Of a stretch of DNA of 64,000 nt, positions 22,795-32,459 are shown piece after piece; position 1 is the first letter of the stretch, and each line of letters starts with the position of its first letter. The stretch spans positions 63,191-127,190 of the forward strand of contig JAIELX010000059.1 in assembly GCA_019752635.1 (NCBI GenBank). Direction: 5' to 3'. The translations under genes were made by a program, and so were the position numbers. Origin of the DNA: Candidatus Obscuribacterales bacterium. GTDB taxonomy: Bacteria; Cyanobacteriota; Vampirovibrionia; Obscuribacterales; Obscuribacteraceae. The notes under the pieces were generated by a model that saw only the letters and a list, made by a program, of their open reading frames with translations, was not told the origin of the DNA and did not search any database.

Positions 22795-23853
22795 ATGACA
22801 GAGTTTCATTCTTCTAAACACAAATCCGATTTCACCCGCTCGGTAGCGACCAGCTTTGAGCCTCACCCGCTTCTTAAGAGCGGGCACATGATGACGATTC
22901 TGCCGACCCTGTTACCTCGCTCCTTCCAAAAATTCCGCAAGAAAGCGGTGAAGAGAATCTTCCAAGTCGAAGAGCACACGGGGCTTTTAGCGTATTGCCA
23001 CTTCCATGACAAGGCGAAGGAAAAATTCACCGCCATACTTCTGCACGGTCTGGAAGGGTCAAGCGAGTCGACCACCATGTTGGGCATTGCTGAAAAAGCG
23101 TTTAACAACGGAATGAATGTTATCCGGCTTAACATGCGAAATTGCGGCGGATCGATGCACCTGACCCCCACACTCTACAACGCGGGGTTGGCCAGCGACG
23201 TAGTTGCGGTTTGTCGCGAACTTTTTGAGCGCGACGGATTCAAACATTTGGTGCTTGCCGGCTATTCTCTTGGGGGCAATATCGTGCTGAACGCATCGGT
23301 GGAAGGCCGGTTTCTGGACGCTATAAAAGCGGTAGTGGCAGTTTCGCCGTCCGTCGATTTGCATCTATGTATTGAAGCGATAGAGCGCGCAGAAAATCGT
23401 GTTTATCATCACTGGTTCCTGCGAACCTTGAAGCAGAAAGTTGCGATGAAGGCTGTCGCGCATCCGGAACTCTATGATCTGTCGATGTTGCATACGGTGA
23501 GATCCATAAGAGATTTTGATTCGTTATACACTGCACCATCTGGCGGCTATGGAACGGCTGACAACTATTATTCAACGGCCAGCGCTTACAGGGTTTTCCC
23601 TCAGATATCCGTTCCCGCCTTAATCATCGCCGCGAAAGATGATCCGATTGTTCCCTTTGAATCATTTCACGTTGACCGCCTTGCCAATGATCACTTGCAG
23701 TTACTTGCCACCGCCCATGGAGGTCATGGTGGATTTTTGCAATCGAAAAAAGAGGCGCGTCCCTGGTTTGATGAGCATTGGGCCGAGAATCGAGTGGTGC
23801 AGTTCTTCGGAGAAGTCATTAGTAATCACGAGCAACTCGATCGACACGAGTAA
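22795..23853 (+). CDS. alpha/beta hydrolase (YheT/ABHD-like)
   Basis: Motifs: LLHGLEGSSES, the nucleophile elbow GYSLGGN, AAKDDPIVP and HGGHGGF. Start is either GTG 22783 or ATG 22795. Confidence 0.85.
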   Translation: MTEFHSSKHKSDFTRSVATSFEPHPLLKSGHMMTILPTLLPRSFQKFRKKAVKRIFQVEEHTGLLAYCHFHDKAKEKFTAILLHGLEGSSESTTMLGIAEKAFNNGMNVIRLNMRNCGGSMHLTPTLYNAGLASDVVAVCRELFERDGFKHLVLAGYSLGGNIVLNASVEGRFLDAIKAVVAVSPSVDLHLCIEAIERAENRVYHHWFLRTLKQKVAMKAVAHPELYDLSMLHTVRSIRDFDSLYTAPSGGYGTADNYYSTASAYRVFPQISVPALIIAAKDDPIVPFESFHVDRLANDHLQLLATAHGGHGGFLQSKKEARPWFDEHWAENRVVQFFGEVISNHEQLDRHE

Positions 23854-24024
23854 CCGAAATGCCCGTCCTGTCAAGTCTAGTGTGAAGCGTGCACGCCGAA
23901 TTGGTTCGCAAATTCTGCGCACAAAATCGAAAGTTTGAAGTAGGATGATATCGATTACTATTGTTTGAATGAGCAAATTCCGTGGCAAGATTTGCAAGGA
24001 AGCTCAGAGGTGAGGAGGACGGTT

Positions 24025-24441
24025 GTGAAGAGAACTGAACTAGCTGCGGCAGTTGCGGCTTTGGTCATGAGTTTTGGCGTGGTAGCACCTGCGATGGCAG
24101 CTGACGGCGACGCACTTGATAACGTTGTCGGTGCATCAATGTGGCCTGTCAGAATTAGCGCAGTCGGAGCCGGCACTGTAGTCGGCACTCCAGTAGCTGC
24201 AGTACGTCAGACTGTGAAAGCTTACAGAGATTGGACACCAGCTTTGGCAGACAAGGTTGGCGGAAAGGATTTCGGACCGAGCTGCGGATTAGTCAGCCTC
24301 GTTACGCTTCCGGCTGCCGTAGTCTGGGGCGGAGTTACCGGACCGTATTATGGAACCAAAAATGGTTTCGTCCATGGCTTCAACGAGCCTTTCACCCACC
24401 AATCGTTCAGCATGGGTGACGACTACGCCGGCAAAGAGTAG
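24025..24441 (+). CDS. secreted/exported hypothetical protein
   Basis: GTG 24025 is preceded by GAGGAGGA. The signal peptide KRTELAAAVAALVMSFGVVAPAMA-AD is followed by a Gly-rich mature part. Confidence 0.6.
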   Translation: MKRTELAAAVAALVMSFGVVAPAMAADGDALDNVVGASMWPVRISAVGAGTVVGTPVAAVRQTVKAYRDWTPALADKVGGKDFGPSCGLVSLVTLPAAVVWGGVTGPYYGTKNGFVHGFNEPFTHQSFSMGDDYAGKE

Positions 24442-24483
24442 TGTTATCCACTATCGACTGACAGACTAACGTCTATTTACGAT

Positions 24484-24532
24484 TCACCCAATCCCGTTTA
24501 TGCTGATAAATGGGGTTGGGTGAGTTGTTTTA
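24484..24532 (+). terminator. rho-independent terminator
   Basis: 12-bp stem TCACCCAATCCC / GGGGTTGGGTGA (one G-U pair) with a 16-nt loop, followed by GTTGTTTTA. Confidence 0.6.
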
Positions 24533-24546
24533 TCGGAATCTAAGTC

Positions 24547-24795
24547 ATGAATACAACACAAGTGTCTCTCGATTCTTGGATTGAGCGCGTCCGCGGTGCG
24601 GCAAGCGCAGAAAACTTATGGGTCATTCTGGACGAGTTTCGCGCTGTTGAATGGACGGACCAGGAACGCGCAAAGATGTCTCACGCCTATATGCAACGTC
24701 TGGCTTCTATTCTTCGTGCGGCAAACGTCGGCAGCGGGAAAAAGAACGCGCCGGCTCCGGCCACCGATGGTCCGGTCTGGTACGAAAAAATGTAG
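24547..24795 (+). CDS. hypothetical small protein (82 aa)
   Basis: ATG ORF with no overlap to its neighbours. Weak RBS. No domain recognised. Confidence 0.4.
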   Translation: MNTTQVSLDSWIERVRGAASAENLWVILDEFRAVEWTDQERAKMSHAYMQRLASILRAANVGSGKKNAPAPATDGPVWYEKM

Positions 24796-24951
24796 TCGCA
24801 AATATAGAGCCATCGGCGAAGTTAGTGTCGCCGTGGCGCCCCGATCGGTATGTATTGCCGGTTGCTGGGGTTCAAACGCAGTGATGGCGGGAAGAATACT
24901 CGTGTAGGACCGCCACTGACGGATTTTGCCGTCTTTAGCACTCGGGGGCGC

Positions 24952-26760
24952 ATGGAAGAGATAGTCTCTCCCTCCAACTCGAAACGCTCAACCATTTTGC
25001 TGGCGACGCGCGAAGCCCTGTCGTTAGTCACTCTGTGCGTCGCGGCAGTATTCTTTTTCGTTATGGCTTACGGCTTTTATACCTATTGCAAGTGGAGTAT
25101 TCCATTGGCACTTTCGCTTGCTTCTGCCGTCGCATGCGTGATTCCGTTAGTTCTTTTCTTTCCTGAACGATTAGCTCTGTTGCTCCGCTATTGCGGTGGT
25201 TTGCGCACTGCGGAATGGATACTACGCCGGTCGCTCAGCACGTGGCAGTCTATTGCTGGTCAAAGCGGTCCGGGCACTACCGGGAAAATGTCTTCGCTTG
25301 CTCAGTTCCTGATCGAAACCGGCAGAGCGCAGGAGGCGGAAAACCTGTACGCGATTGTCTTGCAGCGGTTGTCGACCGGGGGGTGGAAGTATCCCGGGCG
25401 TGCTGAAGCTTCGCTGAACTCTTACAGTTTGTTCTTGCGAGAACAAAAGCGTGAGGAGGAATGTGCCGGTGTAACAGTTGCGCTTTCCCGACTGCGAAAA
25501 CAGAGTTTGGGTCCGAAGATTGCACTTCTTTTGATACCATTGCCGGTCGTTGTCTATCTCTCCTGTACCGAGGTACTAGTGAGGGCCATCGCAGTTGAAT
25601 TGAGTCAAGACCATACATCAGCGGTGCGTAACTATGTAAAAATTTTGGCTACGGGTGACTCTTGCTTCTTTGGTGCGGGGACCGGCGCCAGAGTCTACAG
25701 CGATTACGCAAGCAGCTTGTATGACTCACCGTTTCACCAGAGCACGGTTCTATCATTTGCGCGTGCGGGTTTGGTTCAACTAGGCGATAAGTCCCCGTAT
25801 CTCTCTTCGAAGCTGCACACAATTATTGGCACCGTGCAAATGCACCAGGGCGAGGACAAGAAGGCGGTTGAATCGCTTCGTACTGCGGTGGAACTCGGGC
25901 TTTTGCCTGCGCAGTTTGATCGCTATGACAATAATGATCACGAACGACGTCATCTTATCAATGCGATGACGTGGCTCGGAGATTTGGAGTTGCAGCGCGG
26001 CAACTCGTCCGGAGCCGAGTCGATGTATGCGAACGCCATGCGTAGACTGGAAAAATTGAATGCATCGAAGAGTGATGAGTATCTGGGTTTGCTTGATCGA
26101 TTCAGCGCATTGAAGTCTTCGCAGGGCGCGTTTACAAAGGCGGCCGCAGCCAAGAAAGACATATGCGATATCCTCGAGTCTCGGCTGATCGGCGTTACTG
26201 CATCGAACATGACAGCGGACGAGATTGAACAGCATCGACGATTTACTCGCGAGATGGAAGCTTGTAGCGTTTTGCTGAAGCAATCCGGGCAGTTGCATGA
26301 CGCCGGTACGCTGGCCCGCAGGGCTGAGGAATTGCGAACTCAACGAGTTCGACCTCTCTTGCTGAATTCGCAGCAGCAAATGGAAATTGTTGATGCCACC
26401 ACCCGCGCAACCGAGCACCTTCTTTCGGTCAAGTACAAATCGGCCGGCTGGCAGAAAAATTTGGATTTATTGATGGCATCCGACATGAAAAGCAATCGCG
26501 CCCGCGGGACCTTGGACGGCTTGTCATGGCTCTCTCCTCGGACTAACGATAATGCAATGTACGTGCGGAGAATCGAAATCGATATGCAACCGATGAAAGT
26601 GCGAAACTTTCGGGAACCGAATACGCTGGCAGTTGATGTTACTGGCACGGTGCGTATTCAACGGCGAAGCGGTGCAGACGACGAACCTTTTGCCTTTGCC
26701 TATCTACTCAAACGAAGTGGTCAGGGCCCCCCGGTAATCGAAGGTGTCGCCGAAAATTGA
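24952..26760 (+). CDS. membrane protein with TPR-like helical-repeat region
   Basis: The ORF is open from 24850. I prefer ATG 24952 (MEEIVSP). N-terminal TM helices (LVTLCVAAVFFFVMAYGFY, IPLALSLASAVACVIPLVLFF) are followed by a helical-repeat-like remainder. Confidence 0.6.
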   Translation: MEEIVSPSNSKRSTILLATREALSLVTLCVAAVFFFVMAYGFYTYCKWSIPLALSLASAVACVIPLVLFFPERLALLLRYCGGLRTAEWILRRSLSTWQSIAGQSGPGTTGKMSSLAQFLIETGRAQEAENLYAIVLQRLSTGGWKYPGRAEASLNSYSLFLREQKREEECAGVTVALSRLRKQSLGPKIALLLIPLPVVVYLSCTEVLVRAIAVELSQDHTSAVRNYVKILATGDSCFFGAGTGARVYSDYASSLYDSPFHQSTVLSFARAGLVQLGDKSPYLSSKLHTIIGTVQMHQGEDKKAVESLRTAVELGLLPAQFDRYDNNDHERRHLINAMTWLGDLELQRGNSSGAESMYANAMRRLEKLNASKSDEYLGLLDRFSALKSSQGAFTKAAAAKKDICDILESRLIGVTASNMTADEIEQHRRFTREMEACSVLLKQSGQLHDAGTLARRAEELRTQRVRPLLLNSQQQMEIVDATTRATEHLLSVKYKSAGWQKNLDLLMASDMKSNRARGTLDGLSWLSPRTNDNAMYVRRIEIDMQPMKVRNFREPNTLAVDVTGTVRIQRRSGADDEPFAFAYLLKRSGQGPPVIEGVAEN

Positions 26761-26936
26761 AGGTTTGATGAAGGCTTGAGATGCTCGATTTAACTACTAT
26801 CTCGGGTGGTTTTCCAGCGATGTGACCTGTATAATGTGGGCATAAGGTGTCGAGAAATCGGGGCTGCACCCTGGTCTGGCGAACCTCTGGAGATCGTCTT
26901 GTTCTGTAGAAGATTCACAATAAGGTAAGATCTTCG

Positions 26937-29540
26937 ATGACCAACTCTATGACAACTGCCGTCACGGCCGGTACTGAAAAGAAGAAGAGACCTGTCGGTT
27001 TTGATTGGCCTTTTCTCTGGTCCGAATGGAAAGACATGTTCAACCCGAAGACCGCTACTGCGGATGTTTGGGCTGGAGTCACCGTCGCGTTGGTCGCCCT
27101 CCCCCTCAACTTAGCGTTGGCAATAGCCGCTGGTGTCGAACCCGGGGTCGGCATAACCACCGGTATCATCGCCGGGGTCATCGGTTCACTGTTCGGCGGT
27201 CAACGTTATGCGGTCACCGGACCGGCTGCGGCCATGGCTGTTGTGCTTATCGGTATCGCTCAGACTTACGGTATCGGCGCTATCTGGATGGTCGGTATCA
27301 TGGCCGGTATGATGCAGCTAGTATCCGGTTCGTTGCGCCTGGGAAAATTGATCTCTTTCATTCCCATGCCGGTAATTACCGGCTTCGCGAATGCCATCGG
27401 CGTTCTGGTCATATTCAACTCACTAGATGATTTTCTCGGCTTGCCCACGAAGCCTATTGCCCACGCCGGGCAAGCTGCTCCTTTTCACGGTCACCCGTTC
27501 GTTCCTGAATTCATTCAGGACATCATCAGCCTTTTCTGGAATGTTTTTGTTCATCACCAGTGGAACTGGCAAGCCATTTGCATTGGCAGCCTGGTTCTTG
27601 GTTTGGCAGTTCTTACGCCGAAACTGACGAAGGTCGTGCCAGGACAGTTGGTTGCTATTGTAGTGGCATCTATAGTGGCTGCGATGTGTGCGTTTGAAGT
27701 ACCTCGCATCATCGACATTAGCTCAATTCCTACTACAGTACCGCTGCCGAAGTTTCCCTCGTTACCATGGGAACAGTTCGATACCCTGTTCCCTTCTGCC
27801 ATTACAGTTTTCATGCTTGGCTCCATTGAGTCGTTATTGTCCGCTTCAGTTGCCGATGGTATGACGATGTCCCGTCGTCACCATTCGGATCAGGAGCTGA
27901 TAGGGCAGGGGCTTGCCAATGTTGTGTCTCCATTTTTCGGCGGCATTCCGGTAACAGGTGTTATTGCCCGCACAGCGGTCAACATCAGGGCCGGAGCGCG
28001 AACTAGACTATCCGGTGTTGTGCACTCGATTGTCCTGATGCTTCTAAGTTTTGCGTTGGCAAAACAAGCTGAGCAGATTCCGCTTGCCGCACTGGGCGGT
28101 ATTCTTATTCTCACCGGTATCAGATTGGTTGAGTGGGAAGCAACTAAACAGATCTTCCGGGCGTCGCGTACGGAGGGCATGATTGTTCTTCTCACTACGG
28201 CTTTCTCCGTATTGATGGACTTGACCGCCGGGGTTGTGGTGGGATTGATTCTGACTTGCGGCTTGTTCATTAAACAGATGTCCGTCGTTAAAGTGGTGGA
28301 GCAGGAGTATGACCCCGCTGATCGTCGTGCTGTGGTCCGGCAACCTGTGCCATCCTGCAAATATGTCAGGACATTTTTGGTGGACGGACCGCTGTTCTTT
28401 GGTGCCGCCGAACGATTTACGGAAACTATCCTGCTGACCCAAAACCTGAAGACGGTCATTCTTCACATGAAAGCTGTCAGTGTCATGGATTTGACCGGTG
28501 CTGAGACCATACTGTCCATACACGCTCAGTTGAAGCGCAACGGTGTGCGTCTGATTCTGGCTGAGCTTCCGCACCAGCCTCTGGATTTGCTGAAACGCCT
28601 GAAAGCGCTGGAAAAAATTGGCACGGAGAATTTGTTCAAAGATTTCAAAGACTCCATCCTGTCAGCCAATCAGCAGCTTATGCAGACTTCATGCCATGGC
28701 TGCGCAAGCATTCTCAACAAGCAAGACGGTGATGAAGCCTCCTGCGCTGTCGAGCCTGGTCCCAAAGATTGTCGCCTTCGAAGTGCAATGGCGCAGAACA
28801 CGGATCAGATCGCCAACATTATGCGAATGCGGATGAGCGGTGGACCCGAGAAAGGTTCTTTAGCCACTTTGGCCACTCCCGTTGCCGATCAAAATCGCCT
28901 GGTCGGCATTGAGAGAATCGAGGACATTCCCGGGAGCATTCGTGGCACGCCATTTGAAGACCTTCTTGCTTGTCAGAACTTTTTCGACCCCGACGCAAAG
29001 ACATCGGGTACCGAAATGATTATTGGCTTGTGTACCGACTATAGGGCGCAAGGCCACTTACCGAAAACCTGCACTTTCGTTGTGCGTAGTCCAGGGGCGA
29101 ACATGCAGGACTCGGAATTCTCAATAGCCCTGGCTATTTCTTCCGGTGTCAAGTTTATGGCGCTTGTGGTGCACAATCGTTGTGTAATGTCGAATCCATT
29201 CGAAAGGCGCGAGCGTTTCGTGACGATGCTACAGGAAGAGCACGCCTGGAGCGCGGAGAAAGCCGAAACGTTCTTCGAGCAGAAGGCCGGTGCACTCGAA
29301 ATTGAAGATCCGATCGATTTCGCGATTTCGGAAGCGTCGCGACTGAGGACGTTGTTTCCGAGTTTGCGTGTGGTGCCGTTGTTTTACAATGTGGACAACG
29401 ACAAAATGTACGTGATCAAGGATTGGCTTCTTGAACAGGAATTCGACGCAGTCTCAGCGCGCTTGCTCGGGGTGCCAGTGTCGAGCATACCCGAATCTGC
29501 TGCCAGTACTACCGGCACCACCGCGGGCGGCGAAGAATGA
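26937..29540 (+). CDS. SulP-family anion transporter with STAS domain fused to a beta-carbonic-anhydrase-like domain
   Basis: SulP N-terminus: ADVWAGVTVALVALPLNLALAIAAGVEPGVGITTGIIAGVIGSLFGG. STAS: FLVDGPLFFGAAERF...MDLTGAETILSIHAQLKRNGVRLILAEL. C-terminal extension: C-T-D-Y-R (nt 29031-29045), FVVRSPGAN and H-N-R-C (nt 29172-29183), matching the beta-CA CxDxR / FVxRNxGN / HxxC pattern. Confidence 0.85.
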   Translation: MTNSMTTAVTAGTEKKKRPVGFDWPFLWSEWKDMFNPKTATADVWAGVTVALVALPLNLALAIAAGVEPGVGITTGIIAGVIGSLFGGQRYAVTGPAAAMAVVLIGIAQTYGIGAIWMVGIMAGMMQLVSGSLRLGKLISFIPMPVITGFANAIGVLVIFNSLDDFLGLPTKPIAHAGQAAPFHGHPFVPEFIQDIISLFWNVFVHHQWNWQAICIGSLVLGLAVLTPKLTKVVPGQLVAIVVASIVAAMCAFEVPRIIDISSIPTTVPLPKFPSLPWEQFDTLFPSAITVFMLGSIESLLSASVADGMTMSRRHHSDQELIGQGLANVVSPFFGGIPVTGVIARTAVNIRAGARTRLSGVVHSIVLMLLSFALAKQAEQIPLAALGGILILTGIRLVEWEATKQIFRASRTEGMIVLLTTAFSVLMDLTAGVVVGLILTCGLFIKQMSVVKVVEQEYDPADRRAVVRQPVPSCKYVRTFLVDGPLFFGAAERFTETILLTQNLKTVILHMKAVSVMDLTGAETILSIHAQLKRNGVRLILAELPHQPLDLLKRLKALEKIGTENLFKDFKDSILSANQQLMQTSCHGCASILNKQDGDEASCAVEPGPKDCRLRSAMAQNTDQIANIMRMRMSGGPEKGSLATLATPVADQNRLVGIERIEDIPGSIRGTPFEDLLACQNFFDPDAKTSGTEMIIGLCTDYRAQGHLPKTCTFVVRSPGANMQDSEFSIALAISSGVKFMALVVHNRCVMSNPFERRERFVTMLQEEHAWSAEKAETFFEQKAGALEIEDPIDFAISEASRLRTLFPSLRVVPLFYNVDNDKMYVIKDWLLEQEFDAVSARLLGVPVSSIPESAASTTGTTAGGEE

Positions 29541-29548
29541 GTGGCGTC

Positions 29549-29977
29549 CTATTGTTGCTGTTGACCACCGATGTTATTCATCAACGTATTCTTTAGCAGG
29601 GAACCAAATCCGCCACCCGTTTGCTGCGGTATTTGCTGACCCGGCATCATCTGTTGTTGAGGAAATCCTTGGTTCAACAATTGCTGTTGCCCCTGCGGTT
29701 GGATGAACACCTGCACTGTTCTGGGATCGGCTGCGTACATTTGACCTTGCTGCGTGACCGTTACATAAAACGCTTGACCGGAATACATGCTGGTCATCAT
29801 GTACTGGCCAGGCGGCAAATTGGTGTTTCCGGCAGGTGAACCGGCCACTTGTTGTTGACCGCCGAGGCCGCCCTGGGTTGCGGATCGTAGTGCATCTTTG
29901 AAGAAATTCTCTGCCTGGCAGGGTTGAGAGCACAGCAGGGCAGCGGCAAAACCTGCGAATACCAAATGGCGCTTCAT
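29549..29977 (-). CDS. secreted Gln/Gly/Met/Pro-rich low-complexity protein
   Basis: Signal peptide MKRHLVFAGFAAALLCSQPCQA, then a Q-rich sequence ending in GGQQQQ. Confidence 0.6.
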   Translation of the reverse strand: MKRHLVFAGFAAALLCSQPCQAENFFKDALRSATQGGLGGQQQVAGSPAGNTNLPPGQYMMTSMYSGQAFYVTVTQQGQMYAADPRTVQVFIQPQGQQQLLNQGFPQQQMMPGQQIPQQTGGGFGSLLKNTLMNNIGGQQQQ

Positions 29978-30244
29978 AGCAAATCTCCTCTCTACCCGGC
30001 GACGGGGAGAACCAGAACGGTGTGTGGGTCGTATTAATTGTACACCGATCCCGACTCGTCCCCGAAGCCGCCGTCAACAGCCTATCTGACTGTTTTCGGG
30101 GCTTTTGAGGTTCAAGGGCGGCCGACGGGCGCTCCCGGGACCTTTGTGAACCGGGGCTGGCAGATAAAATGAGTGCGAATTGCGAAACCAATCTGCTGCT
30201 TTAGGGGTAATAAATTAGTGAAGCTCCTGGAGAAAGTTGATGTG

Positions 30245-30883
30245 ATGAAAAGTAATTGTCTGTTTCTAGTTGCAGCAGTTGGCATGCTCGCATTTGCGCA
30301 AGTAGCCATGGCCGATGAACCCTCCGAGGGACCATTCCCCTCGCAGTTGTTGCCTCCCGCCCTGCAAAAACGGTTGCCTGCCGGAGCGCCGGGGCTGCGT
30401 CCCCGCCAATCGAGTATCAATTCATCCGAGTCTTCAATAAATATTCCGTCCATCATCACCGGCGACGAAGGCACTTTTCTGCATCCTAAACCGCAGAAAG
30501 ATCTAATTCAGTCCGCGCCGGGGCTATTGCCGAACAGGAGCAGCGGCGGCACACCGGGCTATAGACCGGCGGGATTGAATGCACTGCCTGCGGCAGGACG
30601 TGCAAGTGGTGGATTCCTACCAGCTGGGGGCGGCGCCGCCGGGGTAGAGCAGCTTCTGAATTCCGAGGGAGCGGCAGTGTTGCCGGACGGTTCTAAGCTT
30701 ACGCGTGATCCTGTAACCGGCGCCACCACGAGGACCACGAAAGAGGGATACAAATTTACGCAGAAACCTGACGGCACGTCCGTCTTCACTCGAACCAACG
30801 GTTTGGAAACCGAGCGCAGCAAGGATGGCCGCATTCGGATGAAGCAGAATGGACAATACACTGGTCGCGAGCTGAAGTTCTAA
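30245..30883 (+). CDS. secreted hypothetical protein
   Basis: ATG 30245 (MKSNCLFLVAAVGMLAFAQVAMA-DEP signal peptide) within ORF 30173-30883. The mature part is Pro/Gly-rich. Confidence 0.6.
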   Translation: MKSNCLFLVAAVGMLAFAQVAMADEPSEGPFPSQLLPPALQKRLPAGAPGLRPRQSSINSSESSINIPSIITGDEGTFLHPKPQKDLIQSAPGLLPNRSSGGTPGYRPAGLNALPAAGRASGGFLPAGGGAAGVEQLLNSEGAAVLPDGSKLTRDPVTGATTRTTKEGYKFTQKPDGTSVFTRTNGLETERSKDGRIRMKQNGQYTGRELKF

Positions 30884-30899
30884 CAGTTCGCTCCGCCTG

Positions 30900-32459
30900 T
30901 TATTGTGCTCGTTGCACTACCGTTATGACTTTCCACGGTCCGCTTGTGCGTTTTAAAATCGCATCCCAGTACCAGCTTGAAACATCAATCCACGATGTGC
31001 TGTCCGGCGCGATGATTGTCTCTCGAACCTTCAGCTTTTCACTTCCTCGGTTTGCTTCGAAGGTACTCCACCGAACACCGTTTGATTGCAAGAACGCCGG
31101 CTTTAGCTCGACTGAATAACCCATTCCTTTATAACAGTCGGATGAGGGATGAACTTGTCTCGATTCTTTGATAACTATGCGCCAGATGATGGTGTTGGTG
31201 CCGTCGGTGAAGAGGCGAACTTTGCCGGGAAAGCCGCTGAGAAACCTGTGCTGCTCCGCCGTTAGCGGTAATGGTGTGAGCGCACGATTCTCGAGTTTTG
31301 CCGGCCAATCGTATGCGCCCGAACTTGATTCCGTAGCCTGCGATCGATGCAAAAACGGTGCGGCTGCTCCACAAACCATCAGAATCGAGAGCGTGGCGGT
31401 CGCACTGAGCGAGTACCGGAAGGACCTCGGCGCCGGCGCTTCGGGCTTCGGTGCTACGAGCGACGCTTCCGGTGGGACGCCTTCGCTCCCGAGAGCAGGT
31501 TGCGTACTTACCTCGCGGGCCGAGGGCGGTTCAATGACATCGTCGATTGGGGGGCTGCGACCCGCGTTATTGGATTCGTTCGCCATGCCATCGGTCTGAT
31601 GCCGGTCCAGGGAAAGCCGGATGGAAGCGGTTTCTCCTGGAAACCTGTCCATGGAACTGCACTTCCGAACACTTCTCAGTGCAAAAGCTGCGATGATGCC
31701 GGCGGATAGAAGGAATGCCGCAACACCGACGGTCTGATGCAGGAAAGGCTCAAGATTGGACGTTTGTGTTCCTCGTAGCATTCCGGTTTCCAGGCAGTAG
31801 AGACAAGCTACTCGCAAAACGTTTCCTGCGATTGCCGCAAACACGGAGATTCCTGCTATGGCTGCTGAGCGCCACCAGGAGAAACCCATTGCGCTCGCAA
31901 ATGTTGCTGCCAGATAGGCGCAGAACCATAGCATCTTGATACCGCTGCACGGTGCGTCGACTTCCACGATGCCCGCTGCACCGGTAAGTTCCGTTCCGAT
32001 GGAGCTTACCGGTACGCCGAACATTCTCAAGCACACGCAAGAGAGCCACGCGACCACGTAGCGTAGCGGATAGCCAAAGTAGAAATTTGCTGTTGCTACC
32101 ACCGGCAGCGATAGAGTCACTAATGCCCAGTCGCCAGGCTTTAGGCTGCAGCATCGGGCTGCGCCGGATGCTATGAGTGCAATACTCATTATTGCAATGA
32201 GAGCCTGCACCGCTTGTGGTGCAAAGAGCGCAGCAAATCCATAAAGCAAGAGAACAACAGCGGGACCGATCGCCGAAGGCTTCCGAGCAAGAGGATTTTG
32301 ATTCTTTTGTCCTTTTCTCGAGAAGGCTAATGCGGCCAGAGTAACCAAAGCCACGATTCCCAATGGTTCATCTGAGCCGTCAGTTAGTCGCTCGAAATAC
32401 CAAACCCATACGGGCCAGAATGAAAGAACCTGTAGTAGCAGTAGTTGCCTTGGGGTCAC
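30900..32459 (-). CDS. exosortase-family transpeptidase fused to an EpsI-like C-terminal domain
   Basis: Polytopic N-terminal half with the exosortase motifs VEVDAPCSGIKMLWF (Cys171, nt 31947-31949), GNVLRVACLY (Arg) and FLHQTVGVAAF (His). C-terminal about 170 aa carry the EpsI-like HPSSDCYKGMGYS. The GTG start overlaps the upstream stop (GTGA). Confidence 0.8.
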   Translation of the reverse strand: MTPRQLLLLQVLSFWPVWVWYFERLTDGSDEPLGIVALVTLAALAFSRKGQKNQNPLARKPSAIGPAVVLLLYGFAALFAPQAVQALIAIMSIALIASGAARCCSLKPGDWALVTLSLPVVATANFYFGYPLRYVVAWLSCVCLRMFGVPVSSIGTELTGAAGIVEVDAPCSGIKMLWFCAYLAATFASAMGFSWWRSAAIAGISVFAAIAGNVLRVACLYCLETGMLRGTQTSNLEPFLHQTVGVAAFLLSAGIIAAFALRSVRKCSSMDRFPGETASIRLSLDRHQTDGMANESNNAGRSPPIDDVIEPPSAREVSTQPALGSEGVPPEASLVAPKPEAPAPRSFRYSLSATATLSILMVCGAAAPFLHRSQATESSSGAYDWPAKLENRALTPLPLTAEQHRFLSGFPGKVRLFTDGTNTIIWRIVIKESRQVHPSSDCYKGMGYSVELKPAFLQSNGVRWSTFEANRGSEKLKVRETIIAPDSTSWIDVSSWYWDAILKRTSGPWKVITVVQRAQ

